The position numbers were made by a program, and so were the translations under genes. A stretch of DNA of 64,000 bases from Mercenaria mercenaria (taxonomy: Eukaryota): assembly GCF_021730395.1 (NCBI RefSeq), contig NC_069369.1:15475210-15539209 (forward strand), in the 5' to 3' direction. The notes beneath the pieces were generated by a model, which was not told the origin of the DNA, ran no database searches, and saw nothing but the letters and a program-made list of their open reading frames with translations. Shown piece by piece: positions 47,341-60,060 of this stretch. How positions within the stretch are numbered: the first letter of the stretch is position 1; every line of letters starts with the position of its first letter.

Positions 47341-47483
47341 GAAGTAGGATTCGAGCAGCAGTAGCGTTGATACCATTCGATGAATTCCATCGTCATTCTG
47401 CACAAGTCATACAACAAGCTGTGTTCAGAGATCCAATAACTGGTGCAACCAACACGTCTCTCAAATTTGATGCAAACAATCTG
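47341..47483 (+). CDS. MVP: MVP exon 18 (G)SRIRAAVALIPFDEFHRHSAQVIQQAVFRDPITGATNTSLKFDANNL
   Basis: Acceptor atcctttcag and donor GTATTT. Matches [29 protein letters not shown]. Confidence 0.9.
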
Positions 47484-48425
47484 GTATTTAAATTGATTCA
47501 TATTAAGTCAGCCTACTTAATAAGTCAGACTTGCACATAAGTCATCTTTCCTTGTAAGATGTACTTGCTCATAGGTCAGACATACTCACAAGTCAGGGAG
47601 ACATACACATAAATCTGACTCACTCATAAGCCAGCCTATCTTGTTAGTCAGACTTTCTTATAAGTCAGACTCGTTACTCGTTCATAAGTCTAATTCATAT
47701 AGATCATACTCAAGTCAGGCTCGGTCATTTTCAGTAATATGCTATGAAGTGTCCCAGTTACATCTGATAATGGAAGCAAAATTAATGGTGACTAGTAAAT
47801 AACATAACAGAAAACAATTAAGGGTCAAGAAATAATAAGGAAAATAAGGGTGACAGTCTATTTTTGGTTTTCATCTTTTATGAAAGTTACATTAGTTTTA
47901 GACATTTCTAACATGTTTGATTGAAAATAAACATTAGAACAACAAGAAACCTCTCATTTATCAAAAGCATTAATTATTTTGAAAAGGAGGACGTTTCCCG
48001 GAAATTATCTCTTAGCACACAAAACTAGGTTACTGTCCTCAGACTTAATTAAGTCAGGGTCACTCAAAAATGCAAAATGAAAATTTTTGAAAGACCCTGA
48101 TTAAGTTTAATGGTTTTGGAGCTTCAAAAAAAGTCAGGTCAGCCTAACTGCTGGAAATGTACGATTATATAGACATGATCTTTAAACTGTTGAGTGTAGA
48201 TTTTTCCCATTCTTAGGATAATATATTGCATTAACATGAATATTGATGGATTAAAAACAGTAACAGCTTTATTGGTGTATGCTGAGGATAGTTAAAATCC
48301 ATACTGAGAACAAAATGCATTTTTGGTACAACTATCATTTCACTAAGCAAATTATTTTCTCGACTAAATGCTGTCCGTGTTTATTTTGCTGTTCAGATTT
48401 CTCCAAATCTCTGCTTCCTTTACAG

Positions 48426-48526
48426 GTAATCTCGTCCATTGATATACAAAGTATAGAGCCAGTGGACAGAAAGATGAGCGACAGTTTAACCAAGTCTATA
48501 CAGCTAGCCATTGAGATTTCAACAAA
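48426..48526 (+). CDS. MVP: MVP exon 19 ([34 protein letters not shown])
   Basis: Acceptor cctttacag and donor GTATGT. Matches [34 protein letters not shown]. Confidence 0.92.
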
Positions 48527-48914
48527 GTATGTGCACATATTACAATATATTATAACCAGTTACATTTTACTTTATTTCACTGAGATTTTTCTTTTACAAC
48601 AGTATTTTTTATCTCTAAGAAAGGATAAATACAAGGAACTAATTCATTGAAATTGTTGAAAAGTGTTGGCATAAAATTTCTTATTTCTTCATTAGAATGG
48701 CTTTCTTGCAGAGACACAAATTTATGGGTTTCAAATTTTGAAAATAAAGTAATTGGGAATCTTACTTGTTTCTGTGGATTTGATTTTGTGGATTGATGCA
48801 ACGAGGATATCTGTGATAATTAGTCCTCCCCAAATAAGTTTCAGAGTTTACTCTTTTGTTTATCATTTTGAAAATTTGGACAGAATGTAGTACATGAATG
48901 CTATATACAAACAG

Positions 48915-49141
48915 CTCCCTCGAAGCTGCAGCTCTGCATGAGGCATTGAGAACAGAACAGGAGGCTAAAGGTCATCTTGAGAGGCAGAAACTGACCAATG
49001 AGAAAGAGTCGGAGAGGGAAAGATGTAAACTGCTTGAACTTCGGTCTGTCACTGCTGCTGTGGAATCAACTGGACAAGCTACGGCAGAGGCGCAGGCCCA
49101 GGCCGAGAGGGTACTCATTGAATGTGAAAGTGAAATAGAAG
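48915..49141 (+). CDS. MVP: MVP exon 20 (N)SLEAAALHEALRTEQEAKGHLERQKLTNEKESERERCKLLELRSVTAAVESTGQATAEAQAQAERVLIECESEIE
   Basis: Acceptor atacaaacag and donor GTAAGA. Matches the MVP cap-helix region ([69 protein letters not shown]). Confidence 0.92.
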
Positions 49142-49876
49142 GTAAGATTTTAAATGTTGAATGTATGGCTAAAGTGTAGAAGTCTGAATATTTTAATGTA
49201 GTTGATACCTGAAATCAAAAGACTTGAAACTAAACAAAGTTTTAACGTAAAATGTACATATTATAGCTTAATCTAACCTAAACTGCTTTGTAATATAACC
49301 AACAGGTTGATGTTAAACCTTTTAGAAAGGTTTTTAACTGCTGATCTTACTGATATATTGGTAGCATTTTGATCTGAAGTTAGTTTAATAGAGCAAAGCT
49401 CTCCTTACCAGTTCCATGCAAGGTAGTTGCCTGCCACTACCAGAGAACACTTACCAGTAGAAATCCAGAGATATGTCCAGTTTCTGGAATGCATTTACAT
49501 AGTGTTAAATGTAACAAAGACATGTGCTTTCCCAGTTAGTTCAGTAAGTATCTAACATGCCAGACTGTGGACAGGTTGTTCCCAGGTGTGGAGAATGTCT
49601 CCAGGAGAAAGTGTCTGTCTTATGTTGTTTTCATATAATCCATGTTGGAAATATGTTATATACTTGCAAAGAACAAGTTGGTACTGGTAAGACACATACA
49701 ACAAACCTGTGAAAAAACTTCCCTCACACAAGTTAGAGATTAAAGGTTTACAGCCCAGAAATACTACAAGTTCATAATTACTTTACACTATTTATGTATG
49801 TTTATAAATTGCACTCTTATGTCACTATTTTGGCCATACTAAATACAAAAAAATAAATGTGTTATTTTATCTACAG

Positions 49877-49941
49877 CTGCAAGATTGAAAGCAAAGGCCT
49901 TGGCAATAGAGCACTATGCTAAACTGGAAGCACAAAATATG
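49877..49941 (+). CDS. MVP: MVP exon 21 (A)ARLKAKALAIEHYAKLEAQNM
   Basis: Acceptor tttatctacag and donor GTAACA. Matches LKAQALAIETEAELQRVQKV. Confidence 0.85.
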
Positions 49942-50030
49942 GTAACATAAAATTTACAAGATTTCAGACTTTGGGTGATACATTATGTTTTAACTGAGTT
50001 CACTGAATAGTTAATGTTTAGCCTTGAAAT

Positions 50031-50270
50031 ATGAGCCGTGCCATGAGAAAACCAACATAGTGGGTTTGCGACCAGCATGGATCCAGACCAGCCTGTGCAT
50101 CCGCGCAGTCTGGTCAGGCTCCATGCTGTTCGTTTTTAAAGCCTATTGGAATTGGAGAAACTGTTAGCGAACAGCATGGATCCTGACCAGACTGCGCGGA
50201 TGCGCAGGCTGGTCTGGATCCATGCTGGTTGCAAAGCCACTATGTTGGTTTTCCCATGGCACGGCTCATA
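50031..50270. mobile_element. foldback (fully palindromic) MITE of about 240 bp in MVP intron 21
   Basis: A 110-bp left arm and its exact reverse complement are separated by a short loop of about 20 bp (ATGAGCCGTGCCATGAGAAAACCAACATAG...CTATGTTGGTTTTCCCATGGCACGGCTCAT). Confidence 0.8.
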
Positions 50271-50691
50271 TGTTTCTTTTCTCATAAAATGACATCTTGC
50301 TTTCTTTGAGCAAGTATAGAAGAAGACATAAATTGCTGTTATCTTGTGGTCGGTTTTCGTTATAGCAAAATCGCCAACTAAAAGCTAGAATTTTAAATGC
50401 TGTCCCAAAATCCTCCATCTCAACAACCATTGTCTGGTTTGTACCAGTAGGAAAGACTTACTAAATATGTAGCAAGTAAAATGTGTAGAAAAGGCTCAAA
50501 AGCCATTTCACCTACAGGCAAATATAAGGTCTTGATGTAAAATAACAGAGTCTGTTTAAATATTTTAATTCATATTCACTAGGAGGAATGCTATTTCAGA
50601 AAAACAAAAGACGTTACATACATCATGGCTGTAATCCATGTTGCTTGTTTGTAATACACTGATGACCATGTATATGCTTTAATTTGAACAG

Positions 50692-50853
50692 GCAAAGAAA
50701 GGTGAGCTGACTTTTGTGAAGAATCAGATAGCTTTGGAGCTACAAAAAGAGAAAGCCTTGGCAAATATTGAAGTGAATAGATTTTCTGATATGGTCAGTG
50801 CCCTTGGAGCAGACACCCTTGCTGCTATAGCAACTGCTGGACCAGATACACAG
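50692..50853 (+). CDS. MVP: MVP exon 22 (AKKGELTFVKNQIALELQKEKALANIEVNRFSDMVSALGADTLAAIATAGPDTQ)
   Basis: Acceptor aatttgaacag and donor GTATAT. Matches [53 protein letters not shown]. Confidence 0.9.
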
Positions 50854-51974
50854 GTATATGTTATTATAATGAATGAAATTTCAAAAACAACTTTACAGGG
50901 TAGTGTAGACTGATTTGATTTTGATATAAGGAAATCTTGACACAACTTCTTGTCCCACTTTCAATGGATCCATTGTTGCCCGTCTGCCATTTCATCTTTC
51001 AGGTCAACTGTCAGTATGTTATTACTTGTGTAGAGTATTTCTCTAGTCATTCAGCAATGTATTGGTAAATACTTAGCATAAATATTCACACTAAAAACCA
51101 TTGTCCTTAGTTCTATGGTCATTGCAGCTGCAGTTTATAGAATATACAGTTACAAAAATTTGACAATTTGGGGATCACCAAATCAAGGTCAAAAGTCCAA
51201 ACTTAGAAAGTAATTTCCTGTTTTGTCTTTTGTTAAGGGATTTAAAAACATACTTGGCATAAATGCTCATTGTAACACCTATGTGTAACCCTGGTCCACA
51301 TCGCTAAGGATAATATGGTATGATTGGCCATTAATTGAGATTATACAGGTTTGGTATCAAATCTCATGGCTGTCTCTACATTTTGCTAAATCCTTCATTG
51401 TGTAGCAGTCAAGGTGAAGGTTAGAGTGAAGTCTTTCAAACATCCAGCTTAATATCTGTATGCATAGAATCACTACTATTCATTAGCTGATTTTGTTACT
51501 ATGGAGACATATGACACTTCACAGGTTACAGTCTTGTTGTGCTGTATTTATAATATTTAATACTGTCCTAAACACCATTTTCCAGATTCTTTATATATCA
51601 AAATCATTCTGAATTTCTTCCAGTTTACAGGATAACTTGTAAAAAAACTGCAAGCATATTTATGTTCTGTTTCTTCTCAGCATTAAGACAGGTACTGGAG
51701 CAAAATTTTAGAAGCCCAAAGTTACCTGCTAATTCCTGTATTTCTAAGGTCTTTGCCAAATTTAATGAACAAAACACAACGTGCTTCTGATGTGACTGGA
51801 ATGTCAGCATTAGAAGGAAATTAAAAAGAAACGTATTCCATTCTAGAATTTAATACCTTAAAATTCTCTGCCAACAAGGTACATCTTTTGTTTCTACATT
51901 ATTTCTGGCTTATTTTGTGAAATGTGTACAGTTCTGGCCTAGTTAGACATTTAAGGCTGTATTATCTATTTCAG

Positions 51975-52082
51975 GTGAAACTGTTATCCAGTCTGGGACT
52001 GGAGTCCACGTTGATTACAGATGGGAACAGTCCTATCAACTTATTCATGACAGCACAGGGACTCGTACAAACACAACAGTGA
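51975..52082 (+). CDS. MVP: MVP exon 23, terminal ([35 protein letters not shown], stop TGA at 52080-52082)
   Basis: Acceptor ctatttcag. Matches [31 protein letters not shown]. In-frame TGA. AT-rich 3' UTR follows, with AATAAA-like signals near 52205 and 52573. Confidence 0.9.
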   Translation: MKLLSSLGLESTLITDGNSPINLFMTAQGLVQTQQ

Positions 52083-55000
52083 AATTCATGAGACTATGCA
52101 ACACATTCCTGATGTAACAGATAATACAAGTAATGACATTTACTATGAAAATGGTTACATGGACCGATTAGAGTAGAAAGTCATAACATACTACTTCTGC
52201 CGAATAATTAAACTTCATGTACATTAGTTTGTCATGTTTCTTTGTTTATATTACACCTGTTTACCTGATAAGCACAGAACTTTACTTGTTACAAATTTAT
52301 ATTGCTGAAAAAGATAAACTCATGACCTTGATGAATATGCCATTATTCATAAACGTAAATTCATCATTGAATGATTTCATTCTGTTTTAAACAAATTGAA
52401 TTAAGCTTATACATTAACAAGTATCTTTGAAATTCAGCATCATAGATTCACAAACATGTACGTTATTGTGCAATTTAAACCTTATAATAACTCATTATCA
52501 CATGCTGATCCTTTATACTAGGAGTAATTAAATTAGTCTTTTATTTTCCACTATACTTAATTTGAATGAAGAAATAAACCACTTAAAACTCTGAATTCTG
52601 TACCAGGGTACATATTTGTCAACATTTTAAGTTTTTACTGTTGACTTGGGGACTTTTTACATGAAAAATTTTCCTTTTTCTTTGTAATTGATGTTACTGC
52701 AGATTGTATTGAAACTTTGCATGAATGTACATTATACAGCTACAGCTTTAAGCAAAATTTCATCATGTTTAATTCTCTATAAACTAAGTTGGTACTTGCA
52801 TATTTGCTGTTCTTAAGTATCAAATTTCAGACTTTAAACATGGACGAATACAGGCTCAGAAGTTTAATATGTAAAATGTTACAGTGATGGAGTGATCTGT
52901 ATTATCTTGAAAAGTAAATTTATTTTGTTCTCGAATTTCAGTGCATTATACATATCTGTCTACGAATATAAATCTATACATACAAATGCAGTTAATTGTT
53001 ATTTAGTTATGTACATTTTGTGTTAATTGTTACATGTACATGTATATTTTAAGTTACTTGTTCCACACAAAATGTACATTTTTGTTGCTTTGATTGAATC
53101 ATTGATCAAATTCATGTGATAGTGTTGTTTTCTCATAGTAGAATGTTGATATTATTTATTAATGTTATTTTATATTCACTTTATCACTTTTTTTTTTTTT
53201 TTTCTATATTGTTTTCTACTTTTACATATCTGGTCAATTATACTATGTATTGATAAAATACAAAAAAAAAAAACAATATTGTCTGTTTAGCATATTGTGT
53301 TATAGAAATTTTTCCATGACTAAATTTAAAAATTAAATGCCATGTAAAGATCCTCTGCAAGTATTAGTAAGTTTTCTGAATGAGAGACTGTTTAGACTGT
53401 TCCCGTTTTTATCGTCAAACAATGGAAAAAAAATGTTAATTTTTTTTTACCTTATGTTCTAGATTTATTTTACTAAATTATGATTTTTCAGACAGTCATA
53501 GGACGTCAGGGGACAGGGTACGGACATAATTTTTTGTAAAATTTTATTTCCGACAGTGGCATTAATCAAAATATTTTGTTAATGATTTGAAATAAAACAC
53601 TTTATATATTTCAGAATAAAAATAGAAAAAAAAAGCTTTGTCCAAAAATAGATTCTTGCGCTACAGTTTGTATGTTACATTATACCCAATGTTAAATGAA
53701 TACCCTCTGTATCGTATACTAGGCATAGGAAATAAAGATCAATATAATTGCACCTTTACTAATCCTACCAGGTGTTCTGTATTACAAAAGTGGATCTATT
53801 GTGACATTTTGATACAAGCAAAACTGTATTATCTGCACTATTATTTACCTACTGGTACTTCGTTTTATTATTGGCTTGTTAAAAGTTAATTTTTTACCAT
53901 ATGTAAGTTGACAGAATCATAGGAACCATGTCTTGAGGGGTAAATCAAACACAAATGAATAAATCCTTAATGATTTCGTTGTGCAAAAAAGTATGATATT
54001 GTGTCTTAAACAGTTTTCATTTTCCACTCAATTGTGTAATTGCAAGGGAAGTAAACTAATAGATCTCAACTTATAAGTACTAGCCCAAGGCAAGAGTTGT
54101 CATTCTTTGTGGATCACAACTTTAAATTAAAAATTAAAACTTCTGTTATTGATATTAACAAAACTATCATAAACTTCACATTTGTGAAATCATTTTTGGT
54201 TATTTCAAGGACTTGGAAATTAATTTCTAGACTTTATTTAATGTAATTCTATCATTGAAAATTTTAGGGCCTATCTCTACGTATACTGTGTAGACTGAGC
54301 TTCTTTCAGGGTATTTTATAGAAAGAAAAACAAGATGTTTGTTAGTGTATACGAGTCAGAAAATGTGAGTCAGATATAAGAATGTTAATAATTTAGTGTT
54401 TCTACTTCCGTGATAGCTTCTCTCTGAATTACCTCTATCCATGAACTATAATGTTTACTATTATAAACTGCATGTATTGTAATTAAACACTATGTAATAA
54501 ATCATTGATTATATTTTTGTAAAAATTTTGGTATCAAATTTTTATTAAAATGACCAACTATTTGTTTATGTGGCAACTTACAAGAGCATATGCATTCTAT
54601 TTACTTTGGCGGTAAATTCTTTCTTGTACAATACTTTTTGCACATGATTCCCATGTATAATGCTTGACAATGCCTCGGGCTTGCAACATTATGGTGTAAG
54701 TGTTTGTAATCTATATTTACCATGTGTGAAGGTTTTGGCTAAATTAATTCAGAGACCTTAATAGATGAACAGTTCTAGATTTGGTGATTCCAAGTGATGC
54801 AACTCAGCTAGAGATATCCTGCATGTGCTAACAGTTTTTATGTAAACAAAGGTCAGCATTTGTAAAGCAAATGTTGTTGGAATTTACCATATCTTTTCTA
54901 TTACCAGTATTTTCATGTCAAAACCACTTTATCACCATTTTTGAGTATGACACAGTTACGTATGAGGTCAGCTGAAAAGTATGTTTTGGAGCAGGAAAAT

Positions 55001-56088
55001 TAAGAACTGCTGTTAAATAATCAAGTGTGAGTTGCCTGCACTTGTAGATGTGTATTGGTGATTGACAATAAACCTGATAGAGACAAAATCAGACATTTTG
55101 TTTTTCTATTTTTGAGTCGGCTAAACGCTGAAAGCGTTTGACGAGTCCTTGCTATCGCCCGTTTTCTCATTCACATTAAATGGCCTCACAACACAGCGAA
55201 TTGATGTAGTTCCATTAGATTGTCTTTAATTTCAAGGAGTTCATTGATCGGATGAAGTTCAGTTATGTCAATCCCATTTGCTATGACCAATATACGATGT
55301 ATTCTGTCAAATTTATAAAGTGTAATTGTGCAATACTCGAATAAAGCCACGCATTTCTTCCGCGGTAACTCATTAAGCATAAACACGCGTAACGATTCTG
55401 CGGGATTTCGTAATACATTTGTGCATATGATAATGGTAACTAATGTTATGCCCTTTTGTCACAAAATAGCAAATATGATGTTCACAAATTCAAATAAAAA
55501 CTGCATATTAACTTATTAGCCAAATTATCCATTTGTTACCCTGTCCGTTTCAAAAAAATAATCTTTTAAATCATTGCACAAATAACAAATTTATTGCGCT
55601 GTGCATTTCATGAATTGCGCAGGCTCACCAAGCTTGCGTAACATCCAGCAAGAGACAAAATATAGTTCCAGAACATACTGCTACTATTTCATTGAGTCGG
55701 GTACCTCTGAAAGCATTTGACTGTCTCTTATCAAAGAGTTTACCAAATCGATGAAATTAAATTATGACAGCTTCATTTTAAATGACCCGAATAAGATATG
55801 TGCAGTACGTTAATTCTTCTGTGAGACTTTGCGGATGAATCCTAACTACACTCTGGGCACTTGTCGGCGAACACACGTGACCTGTTTACAACAACGCTTC
55901 TACGACTTTGCGTTTGAAAATACGGACTTCGGTTTACCAAAAAAAAATACTACGAAGATCGGCCAGATAAAAATGATGCAAAATTGCGAGTTGCGAAAAT
56001 GCAAAAGTCTATAATTTTGTTCTAAATCGTAACCTTTCTGGAATTTCGACTGGTTCGGAGAATTTGCTTACGATTCAGGTCGCAAAAA

Positions 56089-56176
56089 ATGAAACTGTCA
56101 CCCATTCTTGATGACACATGGGTTGAATTTTGCAGTCAGTTAGCGGATAAATTTTCGGGAGAAGAAGCTTGTACTG
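56089..56176 (+). CDS. candidate first coding exon (MKLSPILDDTWVEFCSQLADKFSGEEACT, donor GTTTGT) of an unidentified gene
   Basis: ATG in an aaaaaATGa context, a 29-codon open frame and then a GT donor. It lies at the 3' edge of a CpG-retaining block (55100-56180). No downstream exons were found in the window. Confidence 0.15.
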
Positions 56177-57960
56177 GTTTGTTTAATTACTACTGATTTT
56201 AAAAATGATTTTATTTCTTATTTTCGAGAAATAAACAATCCGCGACACATTAAATTGTATTTTCTTGTAGTTTTCGAAATCGAAAGTAGATCGTCTATGT
56301 AAGAATGCTTTGACAAAACGAAACATTGTTTTTATGAAATTATTTAAATAAGAGGTAATTTCACCGTAAACTTCAATGTCAGATACTGCCAACTGCTGCT
56401 AAACTGTCTTCACATCATCACAATTTGTAAAACATATTGTTGAAACTGGAGATTTTGGCGGTATTAAGAAAAGTGTACGTATCCAGATTTTTATTTTGGG
56501 TAAATATCGAGCTGTGTTATAAAATTTTAACATTCAAGTCACAGACATGATAGATATTATTGTAACAGAAATGATTCTAGAATTTATTTATAGATAACAC
56601 ATACATAGAATCTATATCAGACATTTATTCTAGTCCTGAGGCATGACCTGAAAGTAAAAATATGAAGTGACAGTCATTCATACTTTGGATATTGTAATAC
56701 TAAAAAGAATCTAGGTAATATTTAGAAATAGAAACATAAAATTTTCAGTTAGAAATCGCACCAAAAGCTGTATCAAAGGTGTACATTTTTAAAAATTTTC
56801 TTGTGGTGATACCCCAAATCCTTCTTGCAGGAGGGGGGTATCCTCCCACACCTTCCTCTCATATTGCCACTTACAGTTTGATACATTTGCCCTTTTACCA
56901 CCTGCCACAATGCCCATTTCAAAATCTCACTGCAATTCAAAGGAACACCCTTCCCCACACCCACCCTGCTATCGACCACGTAAAAATGGCTCAAACATTT
57001 TTCAGCCCAGCCTGAGCCTGTCTGTCTACATGAATCAAAATGGATAATTAAAAGTGCATGGATTTGGGGACTACTGACATGGTTTTGAAGGGGTTAACAG
57101 GTCTGAAATAGAATAAATGATGGTTTTAACTAAAAATGAACTGCATTTATTAATATTGGTTTTCTTTTCGAAATTGGTAGCTAGTCCGAGTGCTTCCCTT
57201 AGTTTCGAATGTGCAATTTTCCTGTCAGTGTAAACAATCATGACATTGACACTCAGCAACATTTACATATCTTTAAACGCAAAAGTAAGTATACTTTAAA
57301 TTCACATCACTTATAATATGATTGAACAATACCTAATGTATGACACGGTTATCGCCAGGCCCGTTATCTGTAAAATATCTGAACAGTTCTTTCGTCCATC
57401 CATTACAAATTGTATGTGGCAATCAGCGCTATAAAAATTCAATATTGTCATATTCAAATTTTATCATGTATGAATATATACCAGCCGATAATTGCCTGTT
57501 TTTGGTAATGCCAGAGGCAAATGTTTACTGGAAAAATATATATAGTCATGGGCAGTATCTTAGTGTCAGCGGTCAAATTGTAGTTTGTACTTTCAACATT
57601 TTTATTTTTGCGAACCACTCTTCAATTTTAGAGAAATATATTGGGTTTAGATACATGTATAATGTCAATCAAAGTTTTTCTAGGCATCGATTGAATGTCC
57701 ATTTCATCTATTGTAACAAAATCTCTGTTCTGTTGTAAAAAAACACTAAAAACAAACTGAAACTGGTAGACTATACTACCAGTACATCAATCATTAGCCG
57801 ACTCTCAGGCCCTTCTGGCCTTTGATTATTTCATCTATTCAAATGGAAATTATGATTTGTATTACATAAACTTTCTTTAAACAAGAAGAACAGTCAACTC
57901 ACAGTGCATTGCTAAGGGACATCGCATTTACATCCGCAAATTACCATTTTTGGAACTTGG

Positions 57961-58226
57961 GCGTCTGTGGCAGAGTGGATAAGGCTGCTGACTTCAAGTC
58001 ACTTGCCCCTTATCGATGTGGGTCCGAGCCTTACTCGGGGCGTTGAATTCTTCATGTGAGGAAGCCATCCAGCTGGCTTATGGTGATTCTACCCAGGTGC
58101 CTGCTCGTGATGAAATAATGCACGGAGGGGCACCTGGGGTCTTCCTCCACCATCAAAGCTGGAAAGTCGCCATATGACCTAAAATGTGTTGGTGCGACGT
58201 TAAACCCAACCAAAAAAAAAAAAAAA
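57961..58226 (+). mobile_element. second copy of the A-tailed SINE
   Basis: About 85% identical to 25752-26032 over the body. A15 tail at 58212-58226. Confidence 0.7.
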
Positions 58227-59206
58227 CTTAATTGGACTAGACTACCCGATACACCTAAATTATGGAGTAAATTTGTACAAGAAGCTAATAGATAGATAGA
58301 CAGTTTATTAACAAAAGGTTACAAACCCAGGAGTTAACATATAGTATACAATCATGTAATATTTGAATAATACTGTCATAATACTGTGGTAGCAAAGGAG
58401 TTTGTCTGACTGGATGAAAATGTTCCCACTTGTATGCCAAAAAATGAAAATGCAGACTAGGGCTAAACAAATTACAGGAAATTAGACTACTGTCCGTAAA
58501 TGAAGTAAAATTGGTCTAAACTACTCACAGGTAAAGGCCTTCACCTTCTGGTCTTGAATGACAAGGCTACTAAAAGCAAGGTTTGGTGAGGATCTATCTT
58601 TTGCATCTTGTACTATTCTCTTACTAAAATTGCTAATGGTCTTTTGAAGGTGTCACCTGTATGGGATCCTGGTGGTGACCATAAAGTACGCAAGTTGCTT
58701 TAAATATACCAAGATATCTTCTTTTTAAATGTTACTTTGTTGAGATTATATGTTGGTGTGGAACAACATTTTGGCATGTTACGAAAAGACTTGTGCAGTT
58801 TTGTTGATGAAACCACAGATTTGATCTTGGTTAATTATACTTGTAACATTTGTCAAATCTGACATTTTTCAAGATGAGCAGCAAGAAATCCTTCAGTCTA
58901 GCTACAGTCTTGCATAACAGAGGAATATCTGCAGGATATTCACTAACATGTCTTTTCTTGATCGTTAATTTGCCAGCACATTTATAAGTATACTAAAGAG
59001 AAGTACTGTCAGACCTGCTGTAAGCAGCCAGACAAGGGAGTGGCACAATCTGGAAGCTTAAGCAGGTAGCTGCTTAAAATAAATTGAAATTAGATAAAAA
59101 AAGTCAGTTTGGGAAGATACCTTGTAGCTGACTGGCTGCTTCAGGCAAGTGAGTGTTTAATACAGCTGGTTGCTAAGGCAGGTTCAACTGTATGTCCAAA
59201 ATAATT

Positions 59207-59399
59207 TGAGCCGTGCCATGGGAAAACCAACATAGCAGTCTGGTCAGGATCCATGCTGTTCACTTTCAAAGCCTATTGCAATTAGGGAAACTGTTTGAGA
59301 ACAGCATGGATCCTGACCAGACTGCGCGGATGCGCAGGCTGGTCTGGATCCATGCTGGTCGCAATGCCACTATGTTGGTTTTCTCATGGCACGGCTCAT
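59207..59399. mobile_element. second copy of the foldback MITE (left arm partly deleted), ending 2 nt from the stop codon of the downstream gene
   Basis: TGAGCCGTGCCATGGGAAAACCAACATAG...CTATGTTGGTTTTCTCATGGCACGGCTCAT. The right arm is nearly identical to the 50031 copy. Confidence 0.75.
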
Positions 59400-59400
59400 T

Positions 59401-59612
59401 TCATCTTTTAACTTCTTTTAAATAACTATGAAACTTTGCATCTAGAAACTGATATAATGCACTATTTGTGTCCTTTGATGAATCTGTTGCCATGGTAACA
59501 AGGTCTCTAGGTATTTCAACTGTTCCAGATTTAAGACTGTCTAAAAGCTGTTTCCGTACTGTCTGTAATAATCCAGCAAGAGACTTCATTTCTACTTTAC
59601 CCATCGAATTTT
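59401..59612 (-). CDS. downstream convergent gene, terminal exon (E)NSMGKVEMKSLAGLLQTVRKQLLDSLKSGTVEIPRDLVTMATDSSKDTNSALYQFLDAKFHSYLKEVKR*
   Basis: Minus-strand acceptor tttattacag. A 67-aa ORF ends in TGA at 59401-59403. Joins in frame (phase 1) to the exon at 61798..61970. Confidence 0.55.
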
Positions 59613-60060
59613 CTGTAATAAATAGAGAAAATTAACGTTCATACAGAACGTAAATAATTTCTTCTGAAAATAAATGTCAAACTCCTTTCAACATATATAA
59701 CTCATATGGCCTGCCCAGGCCCAGTAATGATTACCCTGTTAAAGGTAAATGGTAAAGTGAACTACTGACCAAGCAATTGCTAGAGCTTTTTCACCATATT
59801 TACCCAAAAGCAATAACACATTAGGGTTCATCCACTTAGGTTATTTAGTGGAAAAGAAATGGTTTACAGAGCAACCTTAGCAAAACAATAACATCCACCC
59901 TTCTCTGAGAATACAAATATGAAATAAAGCTTGCAAAATGACATGGTTTAATTAGAAAAAACAATCAAATCAGCTCATTAAATTTGTAATAAAATTATGG
60001 ACCAGACAAAAAGTCCTGTATCCAAGACATATTTGTGAAAAAAAAAAAGACTTTATAAAA

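Larger units (their letters stand above)
10582..52082 (+). other. MVP: major vault protein gene, span from start codon to stop codon (23 coding exons, 851 codons plus stop)
   Basis: Exon translations match conserved MVP repeat, shoulder, cap-helix and cap-ring segments. All exons join in frame with canonical AG/GT sites. The exon lengths sum to 2556 nt, a multiple of 3. Confidence 0.88.

Noticed and set aside
57340-57738. 132-aa ORF (+), the longest in the track
   Set aside because: AT-rich, low-complexity composition (I/F/N/Y-rich) with no recognisable domain or splice context. It lies in a non-conserved intergenic stretch.
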